Translations under genes and position numbers: made by a program
Shown: one piece after another, positions 40,648 to 51,074 of the stretch
Numbering within the stretch: the first letter of the stretch is position 1
How the letters are laid out: each line of letters begins with the position of its first letter
Notes under the pieces: model-generated
Databases searched by the model: none
Told to the model about the DNA's origin: nothing
The model's input: the letters and a program-made list of their open reading frames with translations, nothing else
Source: Bacteroidales bacterium
GTDB lineage: Bacteria > Bacteroidota > Bacteroidia > Bacteroidales > JBGRPZ01
Direction: 5' to 3'
Length of the DNA: 64,000 nucleotides
NCBI GenBank assembly: GCA_041725955.1
Contig: JBGRQE010000008.1
Location: forward strand, 6,627 to 70,626

Positions 40648-43600
40648 TTATATTATTTCTTCCAGAGTTTTTAATGCCTTACTAACTCCTTTTATATTCT
40701 TAAAGCTTAAGCTTAATTTTCCATCTTTTTCTCGCATTGTACATTTCTTGGAATTCATTTGTACGTATTGCAAAAGATCGGTAAACTCCTTGCTCTCATA
40801 AAAAGTATTTTTCTGATCGTTTATAAACCAAACTACCATTTTTTCGAACTTGAGCACAATCTTTTCTACTCCCATTTTCTTAGCTTTCCATCTTAATCTT
40901 ATGGTTTGAATAAGCTCACTGGTTTCTTTGGGTATAGGACCAAATCGATCTTCAAGACTTTTGGTAAATTCCTGAAGCTTATCTTCTTCTTGAATATGAT
41001 CAAGCTCTTTATATAAATTCAATCGTTCGGCGATATTATCTAAATAAAAATCAGGAATCATTAAAGCCAAATCTGTTTCTATCTGACATTCGTACACAAA
41101 AGCCTTTTTCTCTTTTTTCTCTTCTGCAAAGGTATCTTTAAACTCATCTTCTTTCAGCTCCTGAATGGCTTCATCCAAGATTTTATGATACATTTCAAAC
41201 CCGATATCAGAAATAAATCCGCTTTGCTCACCTCCAAGAATATCACCAGCTCCACGAATATCTAAATCTCTCATGGCCACATTGAATCCTCCACCTAATT
41301 CACTAAATTCCTCTATAGCTTTTAATCGCTTTCTTGCATCCTGAGTTAAACTTATCATTGGAGGAGAAAGAAGATAACAGAATGCTTTTTTATTTGAACG
41401 TCCTACACGACCACGCATTTGATGCAATTCACTCAATCCAAAATGTTGAGCCTCATTAATTATAATTGTATTTGCATTAGAAATATCCAAGCCCGACTCA
41501 ATAATCTTTGTAGCAAGAAGCACATCGTACTCTCCTTCAATAAAGCCCAACATAACTTTTTCAAGCTTAGTTCCATCAAGTTTACCATGCGCAATTCCTA
41601 CACGAACACCAGGTACAAACTTCTTTATCATAGCTTCAATATCTAGAATATTGCCAACTCGATTGTGTACAAAGAAAACCTGACCTCCTCTAGAAACCTC
41701 ATATGAAATTGCATCTCTTATAATTTCAGGACTAAACGACCTTAATTGAGTTTCTACTGGATATCTATTGGGTGGAGGAGTATTGATAATACTCAAATCT
41801 CTGGCTCCCATAAGCGAGAACTGCAAAGTTCGTGGAATTGGAGTAGCTGTTAATGTTAAGGTATCTACATTTACTTTTATTGATTTTAATTTTTCTTTAA
41901 CCGCAACACCAAACTTCTGCTCTTCATCAATTACCAATAGCCCCAAATCATTAAACTTAATATCTTTCCCTACAAGCCTGTGAGTACCTATAATAATATC
42001 AAGTTTTCCTTCTTCTAGTTTCTTTAAGGTTTCTTTTTGCTTTTTGGCAGATTTAAAGCGGTTTATATAGTCAATATCTACAGGAAATTCTATCAAACGC
42101 TCACGGAAAGTTTTATAGTGCTGCAAAGCAAGTATGGTTGTAGGAACAAGAATAGCAACTTGTTTTCCATCAGTTACAGCTTTAAAAGCAGCTCGAATGG
42201 CAATTTCAGTTTTTCCAAACCCTACATCACCACAAACCAAACGATCCATAGGAAATGCTTGTTCCATATCCTTTTTAGTATCCACTGTAGCCTTATACTG
42301 GTCAGGAGTATCTTCATATATAAAAGAGGCTTCTAATTCTGTTTGCAAATATGAATCGTTGCTATACTGAAATCCTTTAGCTGCTTTACGTTTGGCATAC
42401 AAATGAATCAATTCTCGAGCAATATCTTTAACCTTGGATTTTGTCTTTTGCTTTAACTTATTCCAAGCCTGAGAACCCAATTTATTCAGTTTCGGTTCAG
42501 TTCCTTCTTTACCTGTATATTTTGAAATGCGATGTAAAGAATGAATAGAGACATAAAGAATATCGCTGTTTTTATAGGTCAAGCGAATTACCTCTTGCAG
42601 TTTACCATTATTCTCAATCCTACTTAAGCCTTCAAACCTACCTACACCATGATCAATATGAGTTACATAATCGCCAGGCTGTAAATCGTATAATTCCTTT
42701 AAACTAAGCTTTTCTTTACTCTTAAACCTATTCCTTAAATGAAACCGCTGATATCGTTCAAAAATCTGATGATCGGTAAAGCATAAGAGTTTTAGGTCGT
42801 CATCTACAAATCCTTCATGCAAAGGACAATTTAAACCTTCAAGAAATTCCCCATCTAAAGAAGACGTAATTCCCATATCAAGAGCAATTTGTTTTACTCT
42901 TTCAATCTGATTTAAATTATCGGAAGAAAGTAAAATCTGGAAATCCTTTTCCTTATATGAAGAAAGTTCTTTAAATAGAAGTTCAAAATTCTTATTAAAG
43001 CTTGGCTGAATACTAGTATGGAAAGAAATATGCTCAGCATTGTTAAATTGAGACTGAGTACCAAATTCTATAATTGGATATGAAGTTAATTCTTTTGCCC
43101 ATTCACTTCCAGAACAAAAAAGCTCTTGAGGTTTCAAATGGTCTAGAGCAGAATCTATATTTTGAAATATCTTTTCTGCCTTATCAAATTCTTTCTGAAT
43201 AATGTCGGCACAAAAAGCAATATCTTCAATCCAAACATGCACATTTGAAGGTAAATATTCAAGTATATTTTGCCTTCGTTCTTGAATAACTCTCTGATGT
43301 AAATTGGGAACAATATGAATACTTGACAATTTCTCTATAGACAACTGCTTTTCTGGATCAAAGGTTCGAATACTCTCTACCTCATCACCAAAGAATTCAA
43401 TCCGAAAAGGAAGATCGTTACTAAAACTAAAGACATCAATAATTCCTCCACGAATTGCAAACTGACCCGGTTCAACCACGAAATCAACTCTTTCAAAACT
43501 ATATTCCAAGAGTACATCCGAAATAAAATCTAAATTGACAGATTCATTCACCTTAAGTTTAAGGGTATTCTTATTCAAAAAAGATTTGGTAATTACTTTC

Positions 43601-44010
43601 TCCGACAAAGCTTCAGGATGAGTAACTACAACTGTCATTTTTGTTGAATTTTGAACCCTACTCAATACTTCTGTTCTCAACAAAACATTAGCATTATCTA
43701 TCTTTTCAATTTCGTATGGACGTTGATAAGATGTAGGATAGAAAAGAATTTTCTTTTTAGAATAATCAGCATCTCTTTCCTGAAATATATTCTCTAGATC
43801 ATTACAAAAGTATGCAGCCTGCTCCTTTTCAGGAATCACAACCAAATGAATACCTTTTTGCTTGACCAAGCTAGCAGATATGACAGCTGCTCTAGCAGAT
43901 CCTTTTAAGTTCTCTGCGAAAATCCGTTTTGATTTTTTATCCAAAAGTTCAGATAATTCTTGAACCTTTGGATGCTTCTTATATATGTCTAAAAAAAATT
44001 CAGTTTTCAA
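40648..44010 (-). CDS. mfd: Transcription-repair coupling factor
   Basis: RGGIIDVF, GDYVTHIDHGVG (RID), DRLVCGDVGFGKTE, IDEEQKFGV, LTATPIPRTL, QMRGRVGRS, RDLDIRGAGDILG; TTG start; TAAATTTG element at 44040-44033. Confidence 0.98.
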   Translation of the reverse strand: MKTEFFLDIYKKHPKVQELSELLDKKSKRIFAENLKGSARAAVISASLVKQKGIHLVVIPEKEQAAYFCNDLENIFQERDADYSKKKILFYPTSYQRPYEIEKIDNANVLLRTEVLSRVQNSTKMTVVVTHPEALSEKVITKSFLNKNTLKLKVNESVNLDFISDVLLEYSFERVDFVVEPGQFAIRGGIIDVFSFSNDLPFRIEFFGDEVESIRTFDPEKQLSIEKLSSIHIVPNLHQRVIQERRQNILEYLPSNVHVWIEDIAFCADIIQKEFDKAEKIFQNIDSALDHLKPQELFCSGSEWAKELTSYPIIEFGTQSQFNNAEHISFHTSIQPSFNKNFELLFKELSSYKEKDFQILLSSDNLNQIERVKQIALDMGITSSLDGEFLEGLNCPLHEGFVDDDLKLLCFTDHQIFERYQRFHLRNRFKSKEKLSLKELYDLQPGDYVTHIDHGVGRFEGLSRIENNGKLQEVIRLTYKNSDILYVSIHSLHRISKYTGKEGTEPKLNKLGSQAWNKLKQKTKSKVKDIARELIHLYAKRKAAKGFQYSNDSYLQTELEASFIYEDTPDQYKATVDTKKDMEQAFPMDRLVCGDVGFGKTEIAIRAAFKAVTDGKQVAILVPTTILALQHYKTFRERLIEFPVDIDYINRFKSAKKQKETLKKLEEGKLDIIIGTHRLVGKDIKFNDLGLLVIDEEQKFGVAVKEKLKSIKVNVDTLTLTATPIPRTLQFSLMGARDLSIINTPPPNRYPVETQLRSFSPEIIRDAISYEVSRGGQVFFVHNRVGNILDIEAMIKKFVPGVRVGIAHGKLDGTKLEKVMLGFIEGEYDVLLATKIIESGLDISNANTIIINEAQHFGLSELHQMRGRVGRSNKKAFCYLLSPPMISLTQDARKRLKAIEEFSELGGGFNVAMRDLDIRGAGDILGGEQSGFISDIGFEMYHKILDEAIQELKEDEFKDTFAEEKKEKKAFVYECQIETDLALMIPDFYLDNIAERLNLYKELDHIQEEDKLQEFTKSLEDRFGPIPKETSELIQTIRLRWKAKKMGVEKIVLKFEKMVVWFINDQKNTFYESKEFTDLLQYVQMNSKKCTMREKDGKLSLSFKNIKGVSKALKTLEEII

Positions 44011-44086
44011 ATCCGTACACTTTTTTGATCTGCAAATTTAAATAAATAAATATGGAGAATTTAGACTATGTATAATCCAGAAAACA

Positions 44087-45169
44087 TTATCCTATTTTTA
44101 CCTTTTCCTTTTTATGTACATAAAACCTATACCATACCCCATCTTCATATAATAATACTTCTTCCTGCTCTATATTTCCAAAAGGAACATCAATACCAAA
44201 AGCAGCTCCATCATAAAACGACTCAATATGAGCTTGTGTAGTATGCCCAAACACAAGATAATTCGAATTATAAACCTTTAGTATTTTTTTAAAATCACTT
44301 GTATTTACAATAGATTTCCCAACCCATGGCATTATATAACCTCTGTACCATAACGGACCATAAGAACCTGTCAAAAGCTCCTCCTTACTATTTCGTCTTA
44401 CAATAAGAGAATCATCTAATATTCGACGTATCTGAATATTAATATCTTCAAGATAAGGAAAAGCCTCACTAACCTCAGCACTTAAGCCTGCATGAACAAA
44501 CAAAACATCTCCGATTCTAATTACAGAATTGCGCGATCTAAGCCAACTACCCAGTATAAAATCGCTATTATATAGATCAGAATAATCGATATTATGCTTT
44601 TCACACAAATATACATAGTGAGGATGTAAAAAACGATGATCCTTATTTAAATTCATCCATTCATGATTCCCCAATAAGAAATGGACCTTTCCTCCAGCCC
44701 GCTCAGACTCTTGATTAAGCTGATATATTTTCCATAGTAAAGAGGTTACCTGATTACCTCTATCAAAAACATCACCTATAATAACAACATGTCCATTACC
44801 AAAAATCCAACTTCCTTGCTTATTGATTACGTTTGCGGCAAGTAAAGCACGGATCAACCGATTATAATCGCCATGCAAGTCACCAATTGCCACAATTTTT
44901 TCTACAGCAGAAAAAACGCTGGCAGGTGCAGAGTGGAATAGCTTAGCATTGAATTTAGGAATGTACTTTTCGTGATTTATTTCGACTTCAACTTCAACAT
45001 TTTCATCAATTGATATTTTGTCTGAGTCGACAGAAAGTAAAGCTTTGTTAAAATCATAATTGAAGTATAATACTTCTAGGCATTTTTCATACTTCAAAAC
45101 ACGTATATGCGGACCATCGACAAAATTATGGGAGGGTTGATTACTTTCAACATCATATTTAAGTAACAT
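44087..45169 (-). CDS. Metallophosphoesterase, Shewanella-like phosphatase type
   Basis: IGDLHG, GDVFDRG, LGNHE, FVHAG, GPLWYRG, FGHT, IDV motifs. Confidence 0.88.
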   Translation of the reverse strand: MLLKYDVESNQPSHNFVDGPHIRVLKYEKCLEVLYFNYDFNKALLSVDSDKISIDENVEVEVEINHEKYIPKFNAKLFHSAPASVFSAVEKIVAIGDLHGDYNRLIRALLAANVINKQGSWIFGNGHVVIIGDVFDRGNQVTSLLWKIYQLNQESERAGGKVHFLLGNHEWMNLNKDHRFLHPHYVYLCEKHNIDYSDLYNSDFILGSWLRSRNSVIRIGDVLFVHAGLSAEVSEAFPYLEDINIQIRRILDDSLIVRRNSKEELLTGSYGPLWYRGYIMPWVGKSIVNTSDFKKILKVYNSNYLVFGHTTQAHIESFYDGAAFGIDVPFGNIEQEEVLLYEDGVWYRFYVHKKEKVKIG

Positions 45170-45448
45170 AAAAAGAAGATTAAGATTGACATCGCGCTCC
45201 TAAATACAGAGAAGCTTTTTTAGTCTATTGTATTTATAACGACAATTGATAAAACATCATATTTGACGACCATCAAAAACATAAGCAAAAGAATATAAAT
45301 CAAACAAATAACAACAATCATAAGGCAGAAAAACTAAGCTCTCCATAGATTTTACAGTAAAGAATAAGAGAATATAAAAAAGAGTTATTCCTATTTGGGT
45401 TATTTATCTAATTTTGTAGTTCTTTTGTAAAGAAATTTGGAAATTCAG

Positions 45449-46300
45449 ATGGAGAAAAACAAAAAATCGGATCTTGAATTAATTAATGTTAGGAGAATAA
45501 TAGGAGAAAAAAGTACAACACTTTTAAAAGTTCTTCCTAATTTTTTAATAGAATATCTAAGGCGTATTCTTCATGAAGAAGCAATAAATGACTTCTTGAT
45601 TCGTACTGAAGGGAGACATGGTTTGCCATTCATTGATGATATAATGAATGAGTTTGCTGGAGAAACGGAAATTATAGGACTAGAAAACATAAGTAAATCC
45701 GATAGAATTTTGGTTGCTTCAAACCATCCTCTTGGGGGATTGGATGGTATTGCTCTTATTCAGGCTATTGGAAAAGCCAGAAAGGATATTCTATTTCCTG
45801 TAAATGATATTTTATTACATGTTGCAGGACTTAGAGAATTTTTCATTCCAGTAAACAAACATGGAAGTAATGCAGAAAACATCAAAATCTTCAATAAATC
45901 CTTTGAATCGGATAATGCTCTTTTGTTTTTCCCTGCTGGATTAGTTTCCCGTAAGAACAAAAAAACAATTGCAGATCTTGAATGGAAAAAAACATTTATC
46001 ACTAAATGCAAAAGATATGAAAGGAATATTATCCCAACACATATCTCTGGTGAGAACAGCTTGTTCTTTTACCGTTTAGCTAGAATTAGAAAAAAATTGG
46101 GGATAAAGGCAAATATTGAAATGCTTTACCTTGTAGATGAATTCTACAAGCAAGGAAACAAAAAGTTAAAGATTACATTTGGAAAGCCAATACCTTATGA
46201 ATCTTTAGACAAAAAATATACTGATAAACAATGGGCGGCAAAAATTCGGCAGCACATTTATCAATTAAACCTTAATCCCAATCAACTTTTTTCAGAATAA
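45449..46300 (+). CDS. glsA: Acyltransferase (PlsC-like), probable glycine-lipid O-acyltransferase (GlsA/ChoA-type)
   Basis: NHPLGGLDG (HX4D), FPAGLVSRK, DLEWKKTFI; directly upstream of a GlsB-type N-acyltransferase. Start placed at ATG 45449. Confidence 0.75.
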   Translation: MEKNKKSDLELINVRRIIGEKSTTLLKVLPNFLIEYLRRILHEEAINDFLIRTEGRHGLPFIDDIMNEFAGETEIIGLENISKSDRILVASNHPLGGLDGIALIQAIGKARKDILFPVNDILLHVAGLREFFIPVNKHGSNAENIKIFNKSFESDNALLFFPAGLVSRKNKKTIADLEWKKTFITKCKRYERNIIPTHISGENSLFFYRLARIRKKLGIKANIEMLYLVDEFYKQGNKKLKITFGKPIPYESLDKKYTDKQWAAKIRQHIYQLNLNPNQLFSE

Positions 46301-46341
46301 CAGGTTTATAAGAAAATTGGAATCTCAAAAATAATAAGTAA

Positions 46342-47274
46342 ATGGAAACCATAATTCCAGCTGTCGAAAAAGAATTGCTAGAAGCAGAACTTACACAAGA
46401 AAAATTTGTAAGGAAGACCAATAACGGAAATAACGAAATTTATATATTTTCTCATAAAGACAGCCCTAATTTGATGAAGGAATTGGGTAGATTAAGAGAA
46501 ATTACTTTCCGTGATGCTGGTGGAGGAACGGGAAAAGAATGTGATTTGGACGAATACGACTTGAACGAGCCTGCATTTAAACAACTAATCGTTTGGAATC
46601 CAACCGAAAAAGATATTATCGGAGGCTACCGTTTTATCCGTTGTGAAAAATTAATCGTAAATAACGATTACTCAAAGGCGCATACGCCTACCTCAAGATT
46701 ATTTCACCTCTCGGATAAATTTAAGCAAGAATATTTTCCCCAAACTGTTGAGTTGGGAAGATCTTTTGTCCAACCCAATTATCAACCCACATATAATATT
46801 AGAAAAGGAATGTATGCCTTAGATAATATATGGGATGGACTTGGTGCAATTGTTAAGGACAATCCTGATATAAAATATCTCTTTGGTAAAGTTACTATGT
46901 ATCCACATTACGATCGCTTAGCCAGAGATCTTGTACTTCACTTCCTTAACAAACATTTTCCTGATCCAGATAAATTGGTATACCCAAGAAAGCCTTTACA
47001 ACTGAGTACTCAGAAAAAAGTCCTAGACAATATATTCTGTGGTTGCAATTATGATGAAGACTACAAAATTCTAATGCAAAAGGTAAGAAGACTAAATGAA
47101 AACATTCCTCCATTAGTGAATGCTTATATGAATCTATCTTCAACCATGAGAACTTTTGGCACAGCTGTAAACGATCATTTTGGAAATGTAGAAGAAACTG
47201 GAATAATCGTAACCATAGCAGACATATACGATTTTAAAATTGATCGACACGTTGGTTCCTACATAAAAGGTTAA
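46342..47274 (+). CDS. glsB: GNAT-fold N-acyltransferase, probable glycine N-acyltransferase (GlsB/ChoB-type)
   Basis: ELGRLREITFRDAGGGTG..CDLDEYD, IIGGYRF, ELGRSFVQP.YQ, LDNIWDGLGA, YLFGKVTMY, IPPLVNAYMNLS. Confidence 0.8.
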   Translation: METIIPAVEKELLEAELTQEKFVRKTNNGNNEIYIFSHKDSPNLMKELGRLREITFRDAGGGTGKECDLDEYDLNEPAFKQLIVWNPTEKDIIGGYRFIRCEKLIVNNDYSKAHTPTSRLFHLSDKFKQEYFPQTVELGRSFVQPNYQPTYNIRKGMYALDNIWDGLGAIVKDNPDIKYLFGKVTMYPHYDRLARDLVLHFLNKHFPDPDKLVYPRKPLQLSTQKKVLDNIFCGCNYDEDYKILMQKVRRLNENIPPLVNAYMNLSSTMRTFGTAVNDHFGNVEETGIIVTIADIYDFKIDRHVGSYIKG

Positions 47275-47297
47275 TCAATAATAAAAAAAGGAATTTG

Positions 47298-47903
47298 ATG
47301 AAAATACATAGCGCTGAGTTTCTAATTAGCAACACAAAAGCAAATTTATGCCCAGCTCCTTCTAAAGCAGAATATGCTTTTATAGGAAGATCGAATGTTG
47401 GAAAATCCTCATTGATAAATGCCTTATGCAATAAGAAAGGATTAGCAAAAACCTCCTCCACTCCTGGCAAAACACAACTAATCAACCACTTTATTATTGA
47501 TAATCAATGGTATTTAGTTGATTTACCAGGATATGGTTATGCCAAGGTTTCAAAAACACAAAGAGCTAAATTTCAGAAAATGATTCAAGGGTACTTAATG
47601 AATCGTGAAAATCTGATGTGTACTTTTGTTCTTATCGACAGCAGGCTTGAACCTCAAAAAGCTGATCTTGAGTTTATAGACTATATGGGAATGAACGGGC
47701 TTCCTTTTGCTATTGCATTTACAAAATCAGATAAGCTAAAGCAAAAAATCTTGCATGACAATATTCAGCACTATAAAGATGTCTTAAGTGAAAACTGGGA
47801 AGAATTACCTCCAATTTTTGTCACTAGTTCAGAAAAAAATAGAGGAATTAGTGATATTGGAGATTACATTGAAGAAATGAACACAATGTATAATTCGCTT
47901 TAA
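47298..47903 (+). CDS. engB: Ribosome biogenesis GTPase YihA/YsxC
   Basis: [40 protein letters not shown]. Confidence 0.96.
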   Translation: MKIHSAEFLISNTKANLCPAPSKAEYAFIGRSNVGKSSLINALCNKKGLAKTSSTPGKTQLINHFIIDNQWYLVDLPGYGYAKVSKTQRAKFQKMIQGYLMNRENLMCTFVLIDSRLEPQKADLEFIDYMGMNGLPFAIAFTKSDKLKQKILHDNIQHYKDVLSENWEELPPIFVTSSEKNRGISDIGDYIEEMNTMYNSL

Positions 47904-47922
47904 AAGACACACAAGTACTCAT

Positions 47923-47964
47923 AAAAAACGAAAACCACTCAATGTGAGTGGTTTTCGTTTTTTT
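47923..47964 (+). terminator. Intrinsic terminator
   Basis: AAAAAACGAAAACCACTCA-ATG-TGAGTGGTTTTCGTTTTTTT. Confidence 0.88.
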
Positions 47965-48047
47965 TATATAAAATAAATTTCCAAAACTTATGTTTTTTCT
48001 TTTATTGCCGTGCAATTTTACTCAAATGTAAACTAAGTGAAAACAAA

Positions 48048-49466
48048 ATGGTTTTTAGTGGCATTTTATTTATTTTCTATTTTCTCCCCATTTTCTTATT
48101 GGTCTATCAAATCGCTAGGCAAAAACAGAAAAATTGGATTATATTAATAGCCAGTATTTTATTTTATAGCTGGGGAGCTCCAAAATTTGTATTTGTAATT
48201 CTAGCATCGACAATTCTCGACTTCTTTATTGTACGTAAGATATGGGAAAGTGAAGGAGTAAAGAAGAAACTATTCCTTAGTGCTTCTTTAGCTATGAACT
48301 TAGGACTTTTGGCCTATTTCAAATATGCAAACTTCTTTATTGACAATGTAAATGCTTTTTTATCAAATTTTGGTGGACAAGATATTATTTGGACAAAGAT
48401 AGCTCTTCCCATAGGGATTTCTTTCTATACTTTCCAAACACTAACTTATGCTGTCGATGTTTATAGAGGTCAACATGCTCCTTTAAAGAAAGTAAATGAC
48501 TACCTTTTATACATTATGTCATTTCCTCAAATGATTGCAGGACCTATTGTAAGATACAATACTATTGCAACTCAAATAACAAATCGTGAAGACACTTATA
48601 ACAATAAACTAATTGGTTTCTACAGATTTTCAATTGGTTTGGCAAAGAAAATATTAATTGCTAATGTAATGGGTGCCCAAGCCGACTTAATAATGAATGG
48701 CGATATTGCTGGGATTGGTTCAAATATGGCTTGGTTAGCAACCATAGCATATACCTTACAGATTTATTTTGATTTTGCAGGATATTCAGATATGGCAATA
48801 GGTCTTGGAAGAATGATGGGATTCACTTTTCCTGAAAACTTCAACTCCCCTTACATATCAAAAAGTATAACAGAATTCTGGAGAAGATGGCATATAACCT
48901 TAGGTGGTTTTATGCGTGATTACTTATACATTCCATTAGGTGGCAGCAGGGTTACTCCTAGTCGAGTATTCTTTAACTTATGGTTTATCTTTCTTGTGTC
49001 GGGATTATGGCATGGGGCTTCTTGGAATTTTGTGTTATGGGGTGCATTTCATGGTTTCTTTCTAATTCTTGACAGAGCTTTCTTACTTAAAGTAATGGAA
49101 AAAGCAGGGAAGATTCCAAGTATTATATTAACCTTCTTTATTGTAATGGTAGGCTGGGTTATTTTTAGACTTGAAGACTTTGAGAAAATGAAAATATTTT
49201 TAGCAGAAATGTTTTCTGGTCATGCAAGCTTAAGTCTACCTAAAACCACTCCTGAATTTTATCCTATTTTGATAATAGCTATAATATTCTCATTTATTGG
49301 ACTTAGTAAAGTTGGAAAAAAACTGGAAGACTTTTTCTTTTTTAGAAAAGAATATTCTCCAAGTCAAAACATTTTGCTTAGTGTTTTTTCAGTAGTTTTA
49401 GTTGCTATATGCGCTGGGGCAATAACAACAACAGGCTTTAATCCTTTTATTTACTTTAGATTCTAG
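48048..49466 (+). CDS. MBOAT O-acyltransferase, AlgI/PatA-like (copy 2)
   Basis: LPIGISFYTFQ, FPQMIAGPIVRY, QIYFDFAGYSDMAIGLG, EFWRRWHITL, YLYIPLGGSR, GLWHGA, NPFIYFRF. Confidence 0.93.
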   Translation: MVFSGILFIFYFLPIFLLVYQIARQKQKNWIILIASILFYSWGAPKFVFVILASTILDFFIVRKIWESEGVKKKLFLSASLAMNLGLLAYFKYANFFIDNVNAFLSNFGGQDIIWTKIALPIGISFYTFQTLTYAVDVYRGQHAPLKKVNDYLLYIMSFPQMIAGPIVRYNTIATQITNREDTYNNKLIGFYRFSIGLAKKILIANVMGAQADLIMNGDIAGIGSNMAWLATIAYTLQIYFDFAGYSDMAIGLGRMMGFTFPENFNSPYISKSITEFWRRWHITLGGFMRDYLYIPLGGSRVTPSRVFFNLWFIFLVSGLWHGASWNFVLWGAFHGFFLILDRAFLLKVMEKAGKIPSIILTFFIVMVGWVIFRLEDFEKMKIFLAEMFSGHASLSLPKTTPEFYPILIIAIIFSFIGLSKVGKKLEDFFFFRKEYSPSQNILLSVFSVVLVAICAGAITTTGFNPFIYFRF

Positions 49467-49472
49467 GTAATT

Positions 49473-50627
49473 ATGAAAGAGAAATCCAAGAAGATTCAAA
49501 AAGGACTATATATATTTATATTAGTTATTCTTTTTATACCACTAACTCAACATATTACACATTTTTTAAACGAGAAAAGCCTAGGAGGATATATAACTAA
49601 AGTAGATTGCCCAAATCTATCTATGGAAAAATGGCTCAGTAACGAATTTCAAGATAATTTTTCTAATTATACCAATTCGAACTTTGGCTTTAGAAATTCA
49701 TTTGTAAGATTGAGCAATCAAATATCATATTCTTTATTTTCAAAGTTACGCGCTAACTCAGTTGTTATAGGAAAAAAAGAATATTTATATGAAGAAAACT
49801 ACATTAAAGAATACTTGGGGCAAAACTTTATTGGCGAGAAAAAAATTCAAGATAAAGTCTGGAAGCTTAAAAAGATTCAAGACACCTTAGCTTCTAAGGG
49901 AATATTCTTATTCAATGTTATCGCTCCAGGAAAAGGAAGTTATTATCCAGAATATATTCCTGAAAAATATCATCCTGATAAGAAATCAGAAACCAATTAC
50001 CAAGCCTACATAAAAGAATTTAAATCTGAAAAAATAAATTATGTAGACTTTAATCAATGGTTTAAAAACATGAAAGATACCACTTCAAATATTCTTTATC
50101 CAAAATGTGGAATCCATTGGAGTTATTATGGTGAATTTTTGGCTGCAGATTCTATTATTCACTATATAGAAAAAAAGCAACATGTTAACTTAACCCATTT
50201 AAAGGTAACTGAAATCGAAAAAAGCAGTCCTAAACACAGAGATAGTGATATTGCTAAAGGGTTAAATCTAATGTTTGAGTTAGACAATCAGAAACTGACT
50301 TACCCCAAGTTTACTTTTACTCAAGATAATGTTACCCAAAAATATAAACTTCTTGCAGTTGCTGATAGTTTTTTCTGGGGAATGTTTAACTGGGGATTTT
50401 CAAACAGAATTTTTGACAATAGTCAATTCTGGTATTACAATAATAGTATATACCCTGATAGTTTTGAGAAACCTATTTCAGTAAAAGATGTTGATATAAT
50501 TCAAGAAGTAGAAAAAAACAAATTTATTATGCTGATGAGTACTGATGGTAATTTGTATAAATATGCCTTTGGATTTATCGATATGCTATACGATGCATAT
50601 TATCCATCTTCAGAAAACAAGAAATAG
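49473..50627 (+). CDS. AlgJ/AlgX-like SGNH-type O-acetyltransferase (copy 2)
   Basis: N-terminal TM, NFGFRN, VVIGKKEYLY, APGK, GIHWSYYG, ADSF; follows the MBOAT gene. Confidence 0.8.
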   Translation: MKEKSKKIQKGLYIFILVILFIPLTQHITHFLNEKSLGGYITKVDCPNLSMEKWLSNEFQDNFSNYTNSNFGFRNSFVRLSNQISYSLFSKLRANSVVIGKKEYLYEENYIKEYLGQNFIGEKKIQDKVWKLKKIQDTLASKGIFLFNVIAPGKGSYYPEYIPEKYHPDKKSETNYQAYIKEFKSEKINYVDFNQWFKNMKDTTSNILYPKCGIHWSYYGEFLAADSIIHYIEKKQHVNLTHLKVTEIEKSSPKHRDSDIAKGLNLMFELDNQKLTYPKFTFTQDNVTQKYKLLAVADSFFWGMFNWGFSNRIFDNSQFWYYNNSIYPDSFEKPISVKDVDIIQEVEKNKFIMLMSTDGNLYKYAFGFIDMLYDAYYPSSENKK

Positions 50628-50650
50628 TACAAAAAAAGTATAAATAAGCA

Positions 50651-50690
50651 AAAGGGGTTGTCCAAAAAAACATATGGACAACCCCCTTTT
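50651..50690. terminator. Bidirectional intrinsic terminator
   Basis: GGGGTTGTCCA ... TGGACAACCCC flanked by A and T runs. Confidence 0.85.
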
Positions 50691-50710
50691 ATTTTTTAAA
50701 AGAGTAAATA

Positions 50711-51061
50711 TTATTCAAAGACAATCATTAAGTCATTTTTAGCAACTCTTTGTCCTGCCTCTACTCTTATCTCTTTAATCACACCGCTAATTGGAGCAGT
50801 AATTGTATTATTCATCTTCATAGCTTGAAGTATCAATAGCTTGTCACCTACTTCAACCTTATCACCTTCTTTAACAAAAAATTCGATTACCGTTCCTGGA
50901 ATATATGCAGGAATTTCTTTCTCATCCTTTGCTTTATAAGGTTTTCTATTGATATGCATTTTTGTATACTCTGTATTGTAATAAATGCCACCAACAGACA
51001 AAGTACCAGTACCATAATCTAGCGCTTTGCTTTTATCTGAAAGATTTTTTGATTCAGCCAT
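50711..51061 (-). CDS. Biotin carboxyl carrier protein
   Basis: IPGTV, biotinylation motif AMKM, APISGVI. Confidence 0.92.
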   Translation of the reverse strand: MAESKNLSDKSKALDYGTGTLSVGGIYYNTEYTKMHINRKPYKAKDEKEIPAYIPGTVIEFFVKEGDKVEVGDKLLILQAMKMNNTITAPISGVIKEIRVEAGQRVAKNDLMIVFE

Positions 51062-51074
51062 AATTTTTCAATTA

